Below, in pieces: positions 38,761 to 51,940 of a stretch of 64,000 nt of DNA. Each line of letters opens with the position of its first letter. Within the stretch, counting starts at the first letter, position 1. The position numbers and the translations under genes were made by a program. Below the pieces are notes generated by a model that was not told where the DNA came from, did no database searches, and saw only the letters and a program-made list of their open reading frames with translations. The stretch is from Octopus sinensis. Taxonomy: Eukaryota. The stretch is from NCBI RefSeq assembly GCF_006345805.1, contig NC_043000.1:65224001-65288000 (forward strand). The letters run 5' to 3'.

Positions 38761-38975
38761 CAAGGCGGCGCGCTGGCAGAATCGTTAGCACGCCGGGAAA
38801 AATGCTAACAGCATTTTGTTAGTTTTTACGTTTTGGGTTCAAATGCAGCCAAGATAAACTTAACATTTCATCCTTTCGGGATCGATAAATTAAGTACCAG
38901 CAGTGGGCTGCGGGTCGATGTAATCGATTTACTCCTTCCTCCGAAATTTCAGGCTTTGTGTCTATAATAGAAAGG
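38761..38975 (+). mobile_element. SINE family A, diverged
   Basis: AAGGCGGCGCGCTGGCAGAATCGTTAGCACGCCGG head and body. Confidence 0.75.
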
Positions 38976-39929
38976 AATATTACCTATTTTGATGGGGCGG
39001 CGAGCTGGCAGGATCGTTATTCAATTTTTTAAAACACATTCGGATATGATTTGAAGACACTTGACTGATATTTCGAGTAGGTCGAGCGACCATGTAGAGG
39101 TTCCTTCGTTGTTGTTTCTGATTCAATGGTGAGACATCTACTCGGAATTACAATTTTGTAGGTATTTCTTGTGTTTATCCTATCTCACTCATTTATCGGT
39201 TTTATAAAATCTGAAGACGGATAGAGTTTTGACACTGAGTAGAACAAGTCAGACTTATTCAGAATAAATCGACACAAAAGTAGACCTTAACACTTCTTAG
39301 TGAAACTCACTATTTAGTCACGTTTAAGTTCACAGAAGTAAACATAACTCGGTACATTCTGCAGTAATCGATTTCAATAATCTACAACTAGATTATATTG
39401 AAATTTTGAACGTTTTCCAAATGCTCCAAAGGAGAAAAAAAATCTATCGAGACTGGTGTGAATGTTTTACCTAGGAAAGCACGTAGTATGTCACAGTCGT
39501 CAATGGAGATGATTTTCAGTGTTCTCATACAGTTACACACCCTTCTCCAACCCTCCAATTCTCTTAAGTCTACATAAAACTAAAAACTTGTCAGACATAA
39601 AACTCAGTTATAAATACTGCTTTATTTTAAAATAGTGAATAATATAAATTATTTAGAAGCATCTAGGTAAGAACACTGATGCTTTGTTTACCGTGATAAA
39701 AAAAAAACTGCTTTAGAGTTTATAATGAGTGAAGTTGGCAGAATCGTAAGTAGGTGTGACAAAATGCTTTGTGGTGTTTATTCCGGTTCTCTATGTTTCG
39801 AGATCAATCCCTACTAAGGTCAATTTTGCTTTTCATTCTCCTGGAGATAATAAAATAAAGTACCAGATAAGTATTTGGATCGATATAATCGATTGTTATT
39901 GAGCCCAAAATTCTTATCTATGTATTCTT

Positions 39930-40590
39930 GACTATGAATTCAGTATTAAAGAGTTTAGCTTACGTTTGTTTATAATACGCAAAAGTTAAAACAGACTTAG
40001 CTTCCAGATTACTGTGACTAGAAACCACACCTTACAATCTGTCAAACGATACCTTGTAATTCAATGCCAATCCTCAAATCTTAGAAAAATGATTTTAAAA
40101 ATCACAAATGATTTACTGCTGAAAACAACCGCTAAGTCTTAAAAGTCTCTTAATGAAGGCGAAATTCTCATCACAAATAATGCGGATCACAAAATGTGGA
40201 GACTTTTGTTGTAGGACGTGGGAAAAACTAAATAGGGAAAAACAAAAATTTAAAAAATGAAGAATGGAAGGGAATTAACGGTTAATGTAATTATGACTTA
40301 CAAAACAAAAACTCATTTACTACATTACATACTCACAATGAAATGAGAATTGTTTTAGTCAAAAAGGATCAAAATTAATACAGCGGGTTAGGGTACATAA
40401 GCAACAAATCAAAGATTCATCTCATAGAAATGTTCCATGCAGAGAACAGCTAGGCATCTGTGCAAAAGGACAATTTTAAATATTTTCTTTTTACATTATA
40501 AAGGAAGAAAATCATCAACCGCAGAAAGCAAAAGAAGAATACTTTATAAGAGTTCTAAATCCGAAACAAAACCGGAGAAAGTCAAGCACC
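39930..40590 (+). pseudogene. Penelope-like GIY-YIG remnant, followed by a strongly decayed hammerhead-like motif (40653-40681)
   Basis: Manual translation: KLIYYITYSQ*NENCFSQKGSKLIQRVRVHKQQIKD...CAKGQF*IFSFYIIKE...KAKEEYFIRVLNPKQN. Confidence 0.7.
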
Positions 40591-41056
40591 GCTACTAAAA
40601 CAGTTATCTCTATACGAAATACCTTTAACACCTGTGTTTGAAAAGCCAAAATCTGCGAAAAGCGCTTACGCAAAACGACAGTTTCCTTCCATAAGGTTTA
40701 TGTCAATCTATTTTTAAAGATTTTTTAAAAGATGTTTTATTTCAAATGCTATTTACGTGCGTGTGCGCATGCACACATGCAGACACACATATACAAACGC
40801 GCGCACGCAAACACACACATATTTCGCTTGGGCATTGTGAGACTAATAACCTAGGGTAGAATTCAATATACATATAATTCACAACGAAGCGTTAGTCGGA
40901 TACAGAGCGGTAATAAGAAAACGAGATGACAAAGGAAAAAAACGATTATGTTTCTGTTATAAGATGCAGTAGACTCATTAGTTGAGTGCCTGAGTTACTA
41001 TGAATCCACGGCATCTTATTGCAGAAACAGCTGTAAGCTAATGATGTTCATAAGAT

Positions 41057-41410
41057 GGGAGTGGCTGTGTGGTAAGTAGCATGCTTCCTAACCACATGGT
41101 TCCGGGATCAGTCCCACTGCGTGGTATCTTGGGCAAGTGTCTTTTACTATAGCCTCGTGAGTGGATTTGGTAGACGGAAACTGAAAGAAGCCTGTCATAT
41201 ATATATGTGTGTGTGTCTGTGTTTGTCACCCCACCATCGTTTGACGACCGATGTTGGTGTGTTTACGTACCCGTAACTTAGCGGTTCGGCAAAAGAGACC
41301 GATAGAATAAGTACTAGGCTTACAAAGAATAAGTCCCGGGGTCGATTTGTTCGACGATAGGCGGGTGCTCTAGCATGGCAGCAGTCAAATGACTGAAACA
41401 GGTAAAAGAG
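41057..41410 (+). mobile_element. SINE family B
   Basis: GGAGTGGCTGTGTGGTAAGTAGCATGCTTCC...AAATGACTGAAACAGGTAAAAG. Confidence 0.8.
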
Positions 41411-41460
41411 TAAAAGTGTTTAAACCTTTGTCATCTCATTTTCTTATATATATATATATA

Positions 41461-41523
<63 letters not shown>

Positions 41524-41782
41524 TGCGAAGTTGGTAAGAAGAAACAAAAGCACAAAGGTAAAGATTTAGTTATAATCACAAAGACAAACCTAATAATAGC
41601 AACAAAGAAACAAATAAATAAAAATGCCGAACAATTTATCTTCAAAAGGAAAGTAGAATGATGATCCATCTTTTTAGCAACTCAGAATATAATTTTCTAA
41701 ATTTGACATAACATACATAGTGTGATAGTACTCTGAAAACACTCCTTAGACTGGCAAGCAGAGGCTTCATATTATAAATGTT

Positions 41783-41981
41783 CATCATCATCATCATAAT
41801 CATCTTGATTATGAACATCACTATCATCGCACCACCACCACCACCACCACCATCACCATCACCATCACCATCACCACCATCATCATCATCATCATCATCA
41901 TAATCATCTTGATTATGAACATCACTATCATCGCACCACCACCACCACCACCACCATCACCATCACCATCACCATCACCAC

Positions 41982-42010
<29 letters not shown>
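41783..42010. repeat. 104-bp tandem duplication of a (CAT)/(CAC) compound repeat
   Basis: ATAATCATCTTGATTATGAACATCACTATCATCGC at 41796 and 41900. Confidence 0.88.
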
Positions 42011-42013
<3 letters not shown>

Positions 42014-42708
42014 GTCTAGATATTTCAGAAATAGTGTTGAAAGTAAATATGGTTCGTTGTGATCCACTTCATTAATATACATTAACATCCCAAGCCATAT
42101 CTGTCAGTTTCAGTTATCTTACTGACTTCTTGCTAACGGCGAGATCATTCTACGAATACTCACCGCAATTACATGGCTGCCTGGAATCATTAAATTAATG
42201 TATTTTCATAAGGATACCAAACACACTTTCTTCTATTACACGCAACCATATACACCAGGTCGCGCACACGCGCGCATGTGTATGTGGATGTGAATGCATG
42301 TGGGACTTCGAAGGTTAAACAGGTACATCGTCAGTCAGAATCATTATTTTTTCTTTCTTCATGCAGAATAAACTGTCATGTGAAATGTGTGAGTTGTGTT
42401 TTTTTTTTTTTTTTGCTTCTGTTTTATACCACTGTGTTCTTAAGGCGAAATTGAAGTCGAAGTGCAGTCATTACACTGAAAAATTTAAAATTTTACTTCA
42501 TAGCCAGTAACTTGTTGAAAACTTTAAGTTTATCCTTGTTTTCAAACATTTATATCAAGACTGTTATTTTCTTCTCAGTGTTGTAACGTTTAGGATTTGC
42601 AAATTTTTAGAAAATTCCTCATGATGGTTTCTTTGCTCATTTCAAAGTAAATTTTCTGTAGAACAACTGAAGGAAGGAATAAAAAGAAGTCTATTAAGAG
42701 GCCACCGA

Positions 42709-42778
42709 CATACATACATACATACATACATACATGCATACATACATACATACATACATACATACATACATACATACA

Positions 42779-42810
<32 letters not shown>

Positions 42811-42822
42811 GACAGACAGACA

Positions 42823-42887
<65 letters not shown>
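42709..42887. repeat. (TACA)n(GACA)n(CA)n microsatellite
   Basis: Directly visible. Confidence 0.95.
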
Positions 42888-42888
<1 letters not shown>

Positions 42889-42894
42889 TAGACG

Positions 42895-43740
42895 TGCATG
42901 CAGGATTTAGGCCCGAAAAAAGAACTACGGAGCAGATATTCAACATTAGACTACTCGCTGAGAAACATCTGCGACACAGTCTGGCCTCTATCACAACTTC
43001 ATCGACTTAAAAAAGGCTTTTGCCCGTGTTTGGCATGATGTGTTGGGGTAGGTGTTGAAGAATTACAGCTTCGACAACAACCTCATCGAAATAATACAAG
43101 CATTGTCTGACAATTCAAGCAGTGCAGTTCTCCCGAATAGCAACATCGGAGAATTCTTCAGGACTTCAGTGGTGTTCGACAAAGATGTCTCCAGTGCTTT
43201 TCATTATCTTCCAGGAGAACACCATAAAGGAAACACTTCAAGACTTCTACCCCTCTGTTTCCATTGCAGGATGACCCATTTCCAATCTACGTTTTGCTGA
43301 TGATATTGACCTGTTGGGAAGCATTGGGACAGAAGAAATACAGGAGCTCGAGCACACAAGATGGCGATCTGCCCAGAAAAAAGTAAGATCTTGGTTAATA
43401 GTAACAACCAAAACACAATTAGAGAAAGACTTGACGAAGTGGACGCCTTCAAATACTTAGGATCCACTTTGACCAAGGGGGACAGACCTAAGAACAAAAA
43501 AATAAAATAACGATTGAGTTTAGCTTCCACTGCCATGACGAAGCAGAGTATCATGGAAAAGCAATTTCGTTAGTCTTCCAACGAGACTCAGAGTATACAA
43601 GTCCCTGGTGACTTCGATCCTTCTGTATAGATGTGAAAGCTAGACTCTTACAGCTGACATGAAGCGAAAACTCCAGATAAAACAAATTCTGAAACTGGTT
43701 AAGTTTACCTATTTTCATAGGGTAAATTTTCTTAAATTGC
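42895..43740 (+). pseudogene. RTE-clade LINE reverse transcriptase remnant
   Basis: AGFRP...TTEQIFNIRLLAEKHL, NFIDLKKAF.RVWHD, FFRTSV, ISNLRFADDIDLL, FKYLGSTLT; frameshifted. Confidence 0.85.
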
Positions 43741-44427
43741 ATTCTCACCTTTTTTTTATTTTCTTTATACTTCATTCGTAGAAAAATTCATTTCCTCTCC
43801 CCTTTCTCTCTCTCTCCCTGACCCCCTCTCTCTCTCTCTCTGTAAGCGTGTTGTGAGAGTCACAGATACAATAACGAAAAGCTTAATTGTTTATTCAGGA
43901 CATACACTCATAATGGTGCGATCAGGCGAGAACATCTAGGCACCATGAAAGGATGGTGCCAAATCTTCTACTTTCAGATGTAGAAAACGAACATCAGCTA
44001 TCCGACTGGCCCTGACTGGAAACTTTCCTATTTCAATCAGGGGTAAAATTACAGGGTCATCACCATAACAATTAGCACAACAAAAGATAGGTTTGGAGAA
44101 ATTGTAGAGATATTAGAGCAGGGGTTAAGACGTGTGCGTTGTTTTCAAGATGTAGGATTGATAACAGTTTCAACAAAATGGAAGATCATCTGGATTGAAG
44201 GGGAGAAAATAGAGGTTCATAAGAGAGAACAATTATGAGTCTCTGCGATAGCTTATTGCTATCCACAGAGCAGATCTATGGATAGAGTCGCACAGAATGT
44301 GACATGGTGAACTAGCAAAGCAAATAAAGATATGAAAGCCAAAATGCAGGCGGGGTGAAATTGGAAGAAAGGCGGGACATTATCATGTAACCAGAAGGGA
44401 GGATAGACGTCGAATATATAGCATAGA

Positions 44428-44660
44428 TAAGGCGGCGAGCTGGCAGAAACGTTAGCACGCCGGGTGAAATGCGTAGCCGTATTTCGTCTGCCGTTACTTT
44501 CTGAGTTCAAATTCCGCCGAGGTCGACTTTGCCTTTCATCCTTTCAGAGTCGATTAAAATAAGTACCAGTTACGCACTGGGTCGATATAATCGACTTAAT
44601 CCGTTTGTCTGTCCTTGTTTGTCCCCTCTGTGTTTAGCTCCTTGTGGGTAGTAAAGAAAT
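44428..44660 (+). mobile_element. SINE family A, full-length monomer with 14-bp TSD
   Basis: TSD ATATATAGCATAGA at 44414-44427 and 44661-44674. Confidence 0.9.
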
Positions 44661-44679
44661 ATATATAGCATAGAGAGAA

Positions 44680-45170
44680 GCTGAAAGAAAAGGGTTTGCA
44701 AATGTTGTGAGACAAGAGGGTCACAGGTATTTGGCGTTTCCGATTGCAAAGCAATGTGTCAGTGCGGATCAAAATATCGTTAGAAAAAAAGTATGTACGG
44801 AACAATAGCAGCGATAGTGACACACTCACCATTGCTGATGCTGAACAAACGATAGAGATTAGTTATTGAAATTTACAATGCAATTTCCGATCTGAAGGCC
44901 GGGGAAGTGTTGTACTATCAGAGATAATTGCTAAGATACTAAGATACTAATATATCCAGCGAAATAGGACGCACACCAGTAACTCACATATTCAATCAGT
45001 AAGTTGTCATACTCTGTGTATTGATGTCTTTACAAAGGCAAAGAGGATACTCTGGAAAAAGACAACTAGAGACACCAAATTCATGGACTAAATTATGAAA
45101 GGGTTATAGCGTAACTGAACAAAATTAACTTAAAAGAGATATGTTCGGATTTGTGCAGCCGATGTCCAAG
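44680..45170 (+). pseudogene. Degenerate RTE-like LINE fragment (pre-RT region)
   Basis: KGFANVVRQEGHRYLAFPIAKQCV, YKGK.DTL and MFGFV remnants. Confidence 0.55.
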
Positions 45171-45289
45171 CCTCTATAAGACAACCCCAGATGTTTTTAG
45201 ATAAGAACAAGCCGTAGAAAGAATATACTAAGTGTTGCATCAAATCGAGGAAAAGTTCTTGAGTGGTGTAAGAATTAATATTGGTTTCA

Positions 45290-45620
45290 AATTTTGGTCA
45301 AGGCCAGCTGCTTTGGAGAGGTGGTATTTGAACTCAGAACGTGAATGCAGACGAAATGTTGCTAAATATTTTGCCTAGCGTGCTAACGACTAACGATTCT
45401 GCCGGTTCGCCGCCTTATGTAAAAATTAGTATTCCTTTCTAGTATAGGTACAAAGCCTGAAATTTTAGAGAAGAGGGTAAGTCGATTACATCGACCCCAC
45501 AGCTTGACTCGTACTTATTTTATGGATCTCCGAAAGGATGAAAGGCAAATTCGACCTCGGTGGAGTTTGAACTCAGAACGTAAAGACGGACGAAATGCTG
45601 CTAAGCATTTTCCCCGGATT
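45290..45620 (-). mobile_element. Two adjacent diverged family A SINE pieces
   Basis: TTTGAACTCAGAACGT...GACGAAATG cores at about 45330 and 45565. Confidence 0.7.
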
Positions 45621-46299
45621 GCTGCTGTAAGAATAAATTCTTAAAACCTGTTTTACTGTTGCAACAGACGGTGCTTCAAACTTTTGTGATTAGCAATTCT
45701 TTGTACACGCTAATGAAATTAGATAATCTCAGACTTGGTTCTCATAAAATGCATTTGCCATTCTCTCCCTCTGGCATATTCTTATACTGCTGAAGAATTA
45801 CCTTCTAACTTTCACTATCTGTTAACAGAAAACTTAACAACCAGTTCCACAAATCAACGCTGCCAAAAGATTCCTACAACCAAATATATAAATTAATCAG
45901 CAATGGTGAGGAATCATTGAAAACGATCTTCTTTCAGCTACAAGATAGTTAATTAGAAACAACTGTGTAAAAAGAATTCGTAGCCAGTGGTATACATTAA
46001 AATTACATTTACAAATCACATCTTCTAGTCGCGACAAATATTATATAAGGGAATTACATGCTGTGAAATCAGATGCAACTAATGAGCTTTAACACTTATG
46101 AGACCTGTTTGTTGAGTGTATTTAAGAAAATTCATTGCCATAGCAACAAGAAATGGATGTATATTAGATTAACTTAGCCGTCTATGCTTATAAGAAATTT
46201 TAATCCTCAATATGTGAGTCTTAAAGCATGTTTAAACATTGAATGAATACCTCTCACGTCAAAATAGTTGACTTGGGACACGAACTCTCTAATCTTTTG

Positions 46300-46800
46300 A
46301 CCTGTAAAATTTCACCAAAACAAAAGTTACAAGAACAATACGAACGAAGAAATAAAACGATGTCATAAGCTTTGTAGATGAGCGTAGAAAGAACCCTTGG
46401 AGAATGTGCTAAGAAATAATGAAACCCTTCAAAAGATTAAAAGCTTTACCTCGATATTTATTTGAAACTCGCTCTTCTTTTCCAACTCTCATTTTAGCTT
46501 TAGCTGATCAATCTAAGATTGGAGTATTGGAAAATCTGCAGTGCTCACTGTTATCAATCCACTGGGACAAAATATTTTCAGATGAAATTCCGAATATCAA
46601 GTTAGAATTTTGGTGTAAAGAAGCAATACTTAGAAATGTAGTTGTTGAACTTAGGATTGCCAACTTTCTCAGAATACACATTGACTGTTTACAGTGTCCC
46701 ATTATCCAAAATTGTGGCTAAAAGAATGTTTTAATATTAACTAAACTAAGAAACAAGCACGGATGAAGATCAACTTTTGTCAGTTTAATGACAAAATGGA
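46300..46800 (+). pseudogene. Possible hAT transposase C-terminal (dimerisation) remnant
   Basis: EFWCK...RNVVVELRIANF, then frameshifted PLSKIVAKRMF...TKLRNK, resembling FW...LA.FAL..LP.SNA.VER.FS...TK.RN. Confidence 0.45.
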
Positions 46801-47119
46801 ACTTGAAAATCAAAACATTTGCTGTTAAGATTTTGCCTTGAACAAGGCCAAGCTAAAGTGTAATGACTCAAGCTTCCACAAAATTTGAGAAAGAGGTCCT
46901 TGAATAGGCAAATGACATTCTTGATACATAGACAGGAAAGAGTCAAACGCGGTCTCAGGAGTTTTTCGAAGGAAGGGCACAAGGTCAGAAGGGAATACAA
47001 TTCCAGGAGAAAAGGGCGTAATAACATTATTTAGAAGGGTGCACTTCTTTTCTTGAGGTGGGGGAGGTCTACTCGACTATGTACAACGTAAAACTAAACA
47101 GTAACAACAGCAACATTCA

Positions 47120-47480
47120 TTCATCTTTTCCAACCACTGTTCCTTGAAGGATCGTAGGTGTAGTCTTCAGGCACCTCCTCCATATGGTCCTATCAGAGAC
47201 AAACGTTTCTTATATTTTCCAGTTGGACTTCCAAGCGTAACCAGCTGAGATTATGGATATTATCAAATCATCTGGTTCTTGGTCTACTCCTAGGTCTCCT
47301 GCCAATTGACTTGGCTTGAAGAACCCATCTTGCGATTCTTTCCAGTGACTTTTCAATCACGTCTGTAGTATCGGAGCTATGACGTCTCAATGCGGAGAAG
47401 TTGTAGGTCAACCTGGAGAGGCACCCTGACCTCCGAGCTGTGCAAACTGTCGAGTAACGTTAATCCAGAGAGTATATATA
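47120..47480 (-). pseudogene. RTE-like LINE 3' end remnant
   Basis: Minus strand ...IGRRPRSRPRTR*FDNI...DRTIWRRCL, the RTE C-terminal GRRP.GRP..RW...DR..WR pattern. Confidence 0.65.
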
Positions 47481-48719
47481 CAAGCCTGTCCGTGGAAACT
47501 CGACATGTTAAAAATAACAGCCATTTCTCACTCAAAGCGCATCCTATTACTAAAAAGCGAAAGAATATATTGGATAATATAGTCTCATATACACACTCCC
47601 AATAAAAGCGAGGATAAACATGATGTTCTCGATCAGGACTATCCTAGGGCTAAGCAACAACACATACACACCTATCTAATTATTTATCCATCTCTCTATA
47701 TATATATACCTACAGTACATACACGTACAAATACAGTGGAATTTCAGTTTACGAATCTGATTCGTTCCTGAAGGCCGTTCGTCACCTGAAATGTTCATAA
47801 AGTGAAACTCTTTTTGCCATAGGAAATTCAAGAGAAAGCAGGGCGAATTCGAACGGGGATGTGCTCCGAGAGAAAGCTGGACAGCAACTGACGCCCTCCC
47901 GTTGATATTCCCAGCTTGTCGCCAACCGTTGTTGCGGATTGCGTGTTCGTTACTCGAGACACCGTTCGTCACCCGAGACGTTTGATGTCCGATGAATATA
48001 TACATATATATATATAACTGAAGATGTGTGTGTATGTAAATGTGTAAACCTGCATAACTTCTGAAGTTCGCAACTGATTTTTCTCCAAACTGGGAACATA
48101 CATTACTTACGTTCCAGTGATGGTTTTAGACTTAAAATTTTTCACATAGTGAGTAATGGAACCCGTTGGGGCAGAAAACCTCCTTTTCTGAGGTACGTAC
48201 GACTGCCCGCATGGTCCACGCATTGCTTCTGTTCAAACTGGAGAAAACAGCTACTGAAATGATTATAAGTAGGTAGTATTAAATGGATGAACCTATGTAG
48301 ACTTCAAACTGCGTTGTCTAAGTGGTAGCAATAATAGCCTGTTTCCGTAGTATCATAGGTAGCAATTTGTTGGAATAAAAGCCGTTTCGAATGCACTATA
48401 TTTATTTTTAAAAAAAACATGCTAATATATGTTAAATCCTGAGCAACTATTCAGATGTTTTTTTTTAGCTTCGGTATAAAAAGTCTTCCTTCTAAGCTAA
48501 GACGAAACCCATACAAACCGAAATATCGCATGTACATTAACCTACTAATTTATGGACACAACTACTTAAGTTAGAGACCGTGTCCTTAATATGACCTTGC
48601 GTGCTCGGACGCTCCATACAGAATTGTTTTAGTTTGGGAGCTGAGTTGTCCTCACGCTGTATCTTCAGGCCCCAAACATAATATTAATTGTTCTACATCT
48701 TAGAGTGTGCTTCTCCTCC

Positions 48720-49078
48720 TATATTATCAGACTGCGGCTAACCTGAGCCACCACCTTGAGGAACTCTAGTGGAACGAATCGCTCCCAGTATTTATTTTTT
48801 AAACCTGCTACTTATTCTATAGGTGTCTTATGCCGAACCACTAAGTTGCAGAAACATAAACACACCAACACCGGTTGTCAAGCTGTGGTGGGGGACAAAC
48901 GCAGATACATCCACACAACACAGACATACACGTCCACACACACACACACACAAACACATATACTACGAGCTTTCAGTTTTTGTCTACCAAATCCACTCAC
49001 AGGGCTTTGGTCGGGCCAGACACTTCAATGGGACTGAAACCTGAACCATGAGGCTGGAAGCAAATTGTTTACCACACC
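48720..49078 (-). mobile_element. SINE family B, diverged, head ending in a palindrome
   Basis: Family B body on the minus strand; see the finding at 49068-49103. Confidence 0.72.
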
Positions 49079-49216
49079 TATATATATATATAGGTGTGGT
49101 AAATAATCAGTCCTGGGGGCGATTTTCTCGACTAAAGGCGGTGCTCCAACATGGCCGCAGTCAAATGACTGAAACAAGTAAAAGAATATATATACCCATA
49201 AGTACACACACATATG

Positions 49217-49343
<127 letters not shown>

Positions 49344-50361
49344 GGACATGCACGCATATGCATATTTTTAAATAAATGCACAAACACAAACACACGCAAT
49401 AAGCATACAATTAGATGCTTACTTATTCCAAAAAATATATAGAACATACACTATCAGTTGAAGTTTGTGTAAACGTTGACATTAACATATGAAGTGGAGT
49501 ATATAATTTACTCAGCAGGATATCTTACGATGTATTTCCACGAGTAAGCACTCAGCTATGAAATGAGTCATACTCGAATTCCACTGCAGTTTTGACTAAT
49601 GCAGTAAACTCACAATGCATCATCATATGATAAACATACTCGTACAACACACACACATTCATCAGTCTGTTTGTTTCTCTGCTTTTCTACATACATACAG
49701 ATACGTACGTACGTACTTGTGTGTGTGCGCGCGTGCGTAAGTGTGTGTGTGTGTGCTTAGATTTTTTTGTTTCAAAGCCAAAACAATGGTAGTTATAAGA
49801 AATAATACAAGTTGATGGTCTGTACTTTTACCCTCTGTTTAAATATTTCGGGATCAGGATCCCTTCTTCAGGAAATTCTCGGAGAGATGGTGTTATGAGC
49901 TCACTTTTCTCTTTTAGTATGTGTATAAAATAAAAAATATCTATACCTGACAAAGCTTCAAGCAAACTATACTACTCATATTTGTGTGTGTGTGGGGGGG
50001 GGGTGTTTGTGTTGTGTATGTATATGTGTATGTGTGCGCTTGTCTGAATGCATATGTACAGTTACCCTTATTCAAAGGAACCCTGTTAAACCGAACAGGT
50101 CTCAGTTAAGAAAATACTGTTAGTTTTGACTTATACCATCATCCTTGATTAACTGCGCTATTTTAGTACTTCGTATCCTCCAAAGATGGTAAATCTATCG
50201 AGAATGTTAAGACCAGTTCATGATATAATCCAAGATCGTAATGAAAAACTAATTTTCTTTTCCTGCTATGAATTGTTCTGAGATTACCCTAAACACCTCA
50301 CAGCCAATTGTATCATAATATGGGAGTGAACAGATGGAGGGTAATAGAAGAGTGACAAAAG

Positions 50362-50946
50362 TGTAAGAATTAGCACTTCCTTCTCAAAGCTTGGATTCGA
50401 AATCAGACCCAAGAATCATTGGTCGTAAAATACCAATGCACAAAAAGGCGCGAAATCAGAATCTCTTTGTTCTGACAAAAAATGATGGATCGTCTCCCTT
50501 CGACCTCTGACCCGAGCAGGTCAGGCGAAGTTTAACAGGACGACCAGCGACCTACTGTACTCAATAACACTCTTGCGGTATATCTATTTTTCTGGCTATT
50601 TGAGATGTTATAAATAGAACGGAGAAATAGGTATCTAGAGAGAACCCGAACCAACGTTTAAGAGAACGCCACGCATTTATGAGGACGACGAAAGAATAAT
50701 CAGAAAGGTGACTCTGTCATGCATGATTTACACACACGCACACACACACACCATCAAACATATTCTGCTTTAATGTGTATCCTGTATTATGCATTCCTTT
50801 AATATGTATTATTTGCAACCACTATTTAATATGCATTTTGTACAAGCGATGTGTAACATTGCTTACAAATTGATGTAGTGATAATAAATCTTTAATTTAT
50901 TACAAAGTACTTATGTATTTATTAATACATCCACGCATCCACTACA
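50362..50946 (+). repeat. 5' LTR (585 bp); TATAAATA at 50609, AATAAA at 50883
   Basis: TGTAAG...ACTACA; matches 55652-56222. Confidence 0.97.
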
Positions 50947-50948
50947 TT

Positions 50949-50959
50949 TGGTGACCCCG
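50949..50959 (+). promoter_or_regulatory. Primer-binding site, tRNA-Trp type
   Basis: TGGTGACCCCG, 2 nt after the LTR, complements the 3' end ...CGGGGUCACCA of eukaryotic tRNA-Trp (from recall). Confidence 0.8.
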
Positions 50960-51064
50960 TAAAACGAATCGCGCCTTCCCTGGAACCAGCTTCATCAACC
51001 GTGTCGAAGAATTACAGTTTGCACATCACCAGCAACGAAGCAACTGAAAATTCCGACGAAAACA

Positions 51065-51940
51065 ATGAATCTCCCGGAACAAAACCCAGCGGCCAACATC
51101 GACATGGCATTCCAAGCGGCGATCTCGTTAAAAATTCCACCATTCTGGACCCACGACCCGACATTGTGGTTTCACCATATAGAGGCACAGTTTGCCTCAC
51201 ACAGAATATCGAGCGATGCGGCTCGACTTTCTCACGTTATCAGTTCTCTGTCACCAGAAATAACGAACGTGATACGCGACCTTATCATGGCACCACCCGG
51301 TTCTGTTTCATATGAAGTTTTTAAAACCACGTTAATAAACAGAACCTCAGAATCCCAACAAAAAAGACTTCACCAGCTTCTGATATCGGAAGAATTGGGT
51401 GACAAAACGCCGTCCCAGCTTCTTCGGAGAATGAAACAGCTTCTCGGAGATGAGACGCTCCCAGAAAAAATCTTCAAGCAACTTTTTCTCCAGCGTCTGC
51501 CCTCCAATACCCAGGTTGTTCTCGCGTCCACCAGAGAAAACACATCCCTTGAAGAACTGGCGGAGCTAGCTGACAAAATAGCCGAAGTACCGCACAGATA
51601 TCCAACGGTATCGACGGTGACGCCAGCCGCTCCCAGTACCAATCCTTTCCGTGCACAAACCAGTTCTTCAGAGATTTCGGATTTGCGTGCATTAATGACG
51701 CAGCAAGCTGCGCAAATACAAATTCTCACAGCCCAAATACAAGCCCTAAAGTTTAGTCCCCAGCATCGAAGCACCAGCCGATCTCGACGAGATGGCAGAC
51801 GGTCTCGAAGCCCCAGTGCTACCCGAAACTCACATGACACGTGTTGGTACCACCGAACATTCGGAACACGGGCACAAAAATGTACGGTACCGTGCTCGTT
51901 TTCCTCACCCAGTTCGGGAAACGGCACAGCCAGGAATTGA
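51065..51940 (+). CDS. gag: Gag (291 aa)
   Basis: LKIPPFW..DPTLWF..IEAQF N-terminus, [15 protein letters not shown]-rich linker and CWYH..FG..A.KC..PC knuckle. Confidence 0.92.
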   Translation: MNLPEQNPAANIDMAFQAAISLKIPPFWTHDPTLWFHHIEAQFASHRISSDAARLSHVISSLSPEITNVIRDLIMAPPGSVSYEVFKTTLINRTSESQQKRLHQLLISEELGDKTPSQLLRRMKQLLGDETLPEKIFKQLFLQRLPSNTQVVLASTRENTSLEELAELADKIAEVPHRYPTVSTVTPAAPSTNPFRAQTSSSEISDLRALMTQQAAQIQILTAQIQALKFSPQHRSTSRSRRDGRRSRSPSATRNSHDTCWYHRTFGTRAQKCTVPCSFSSPSSGNGTARN

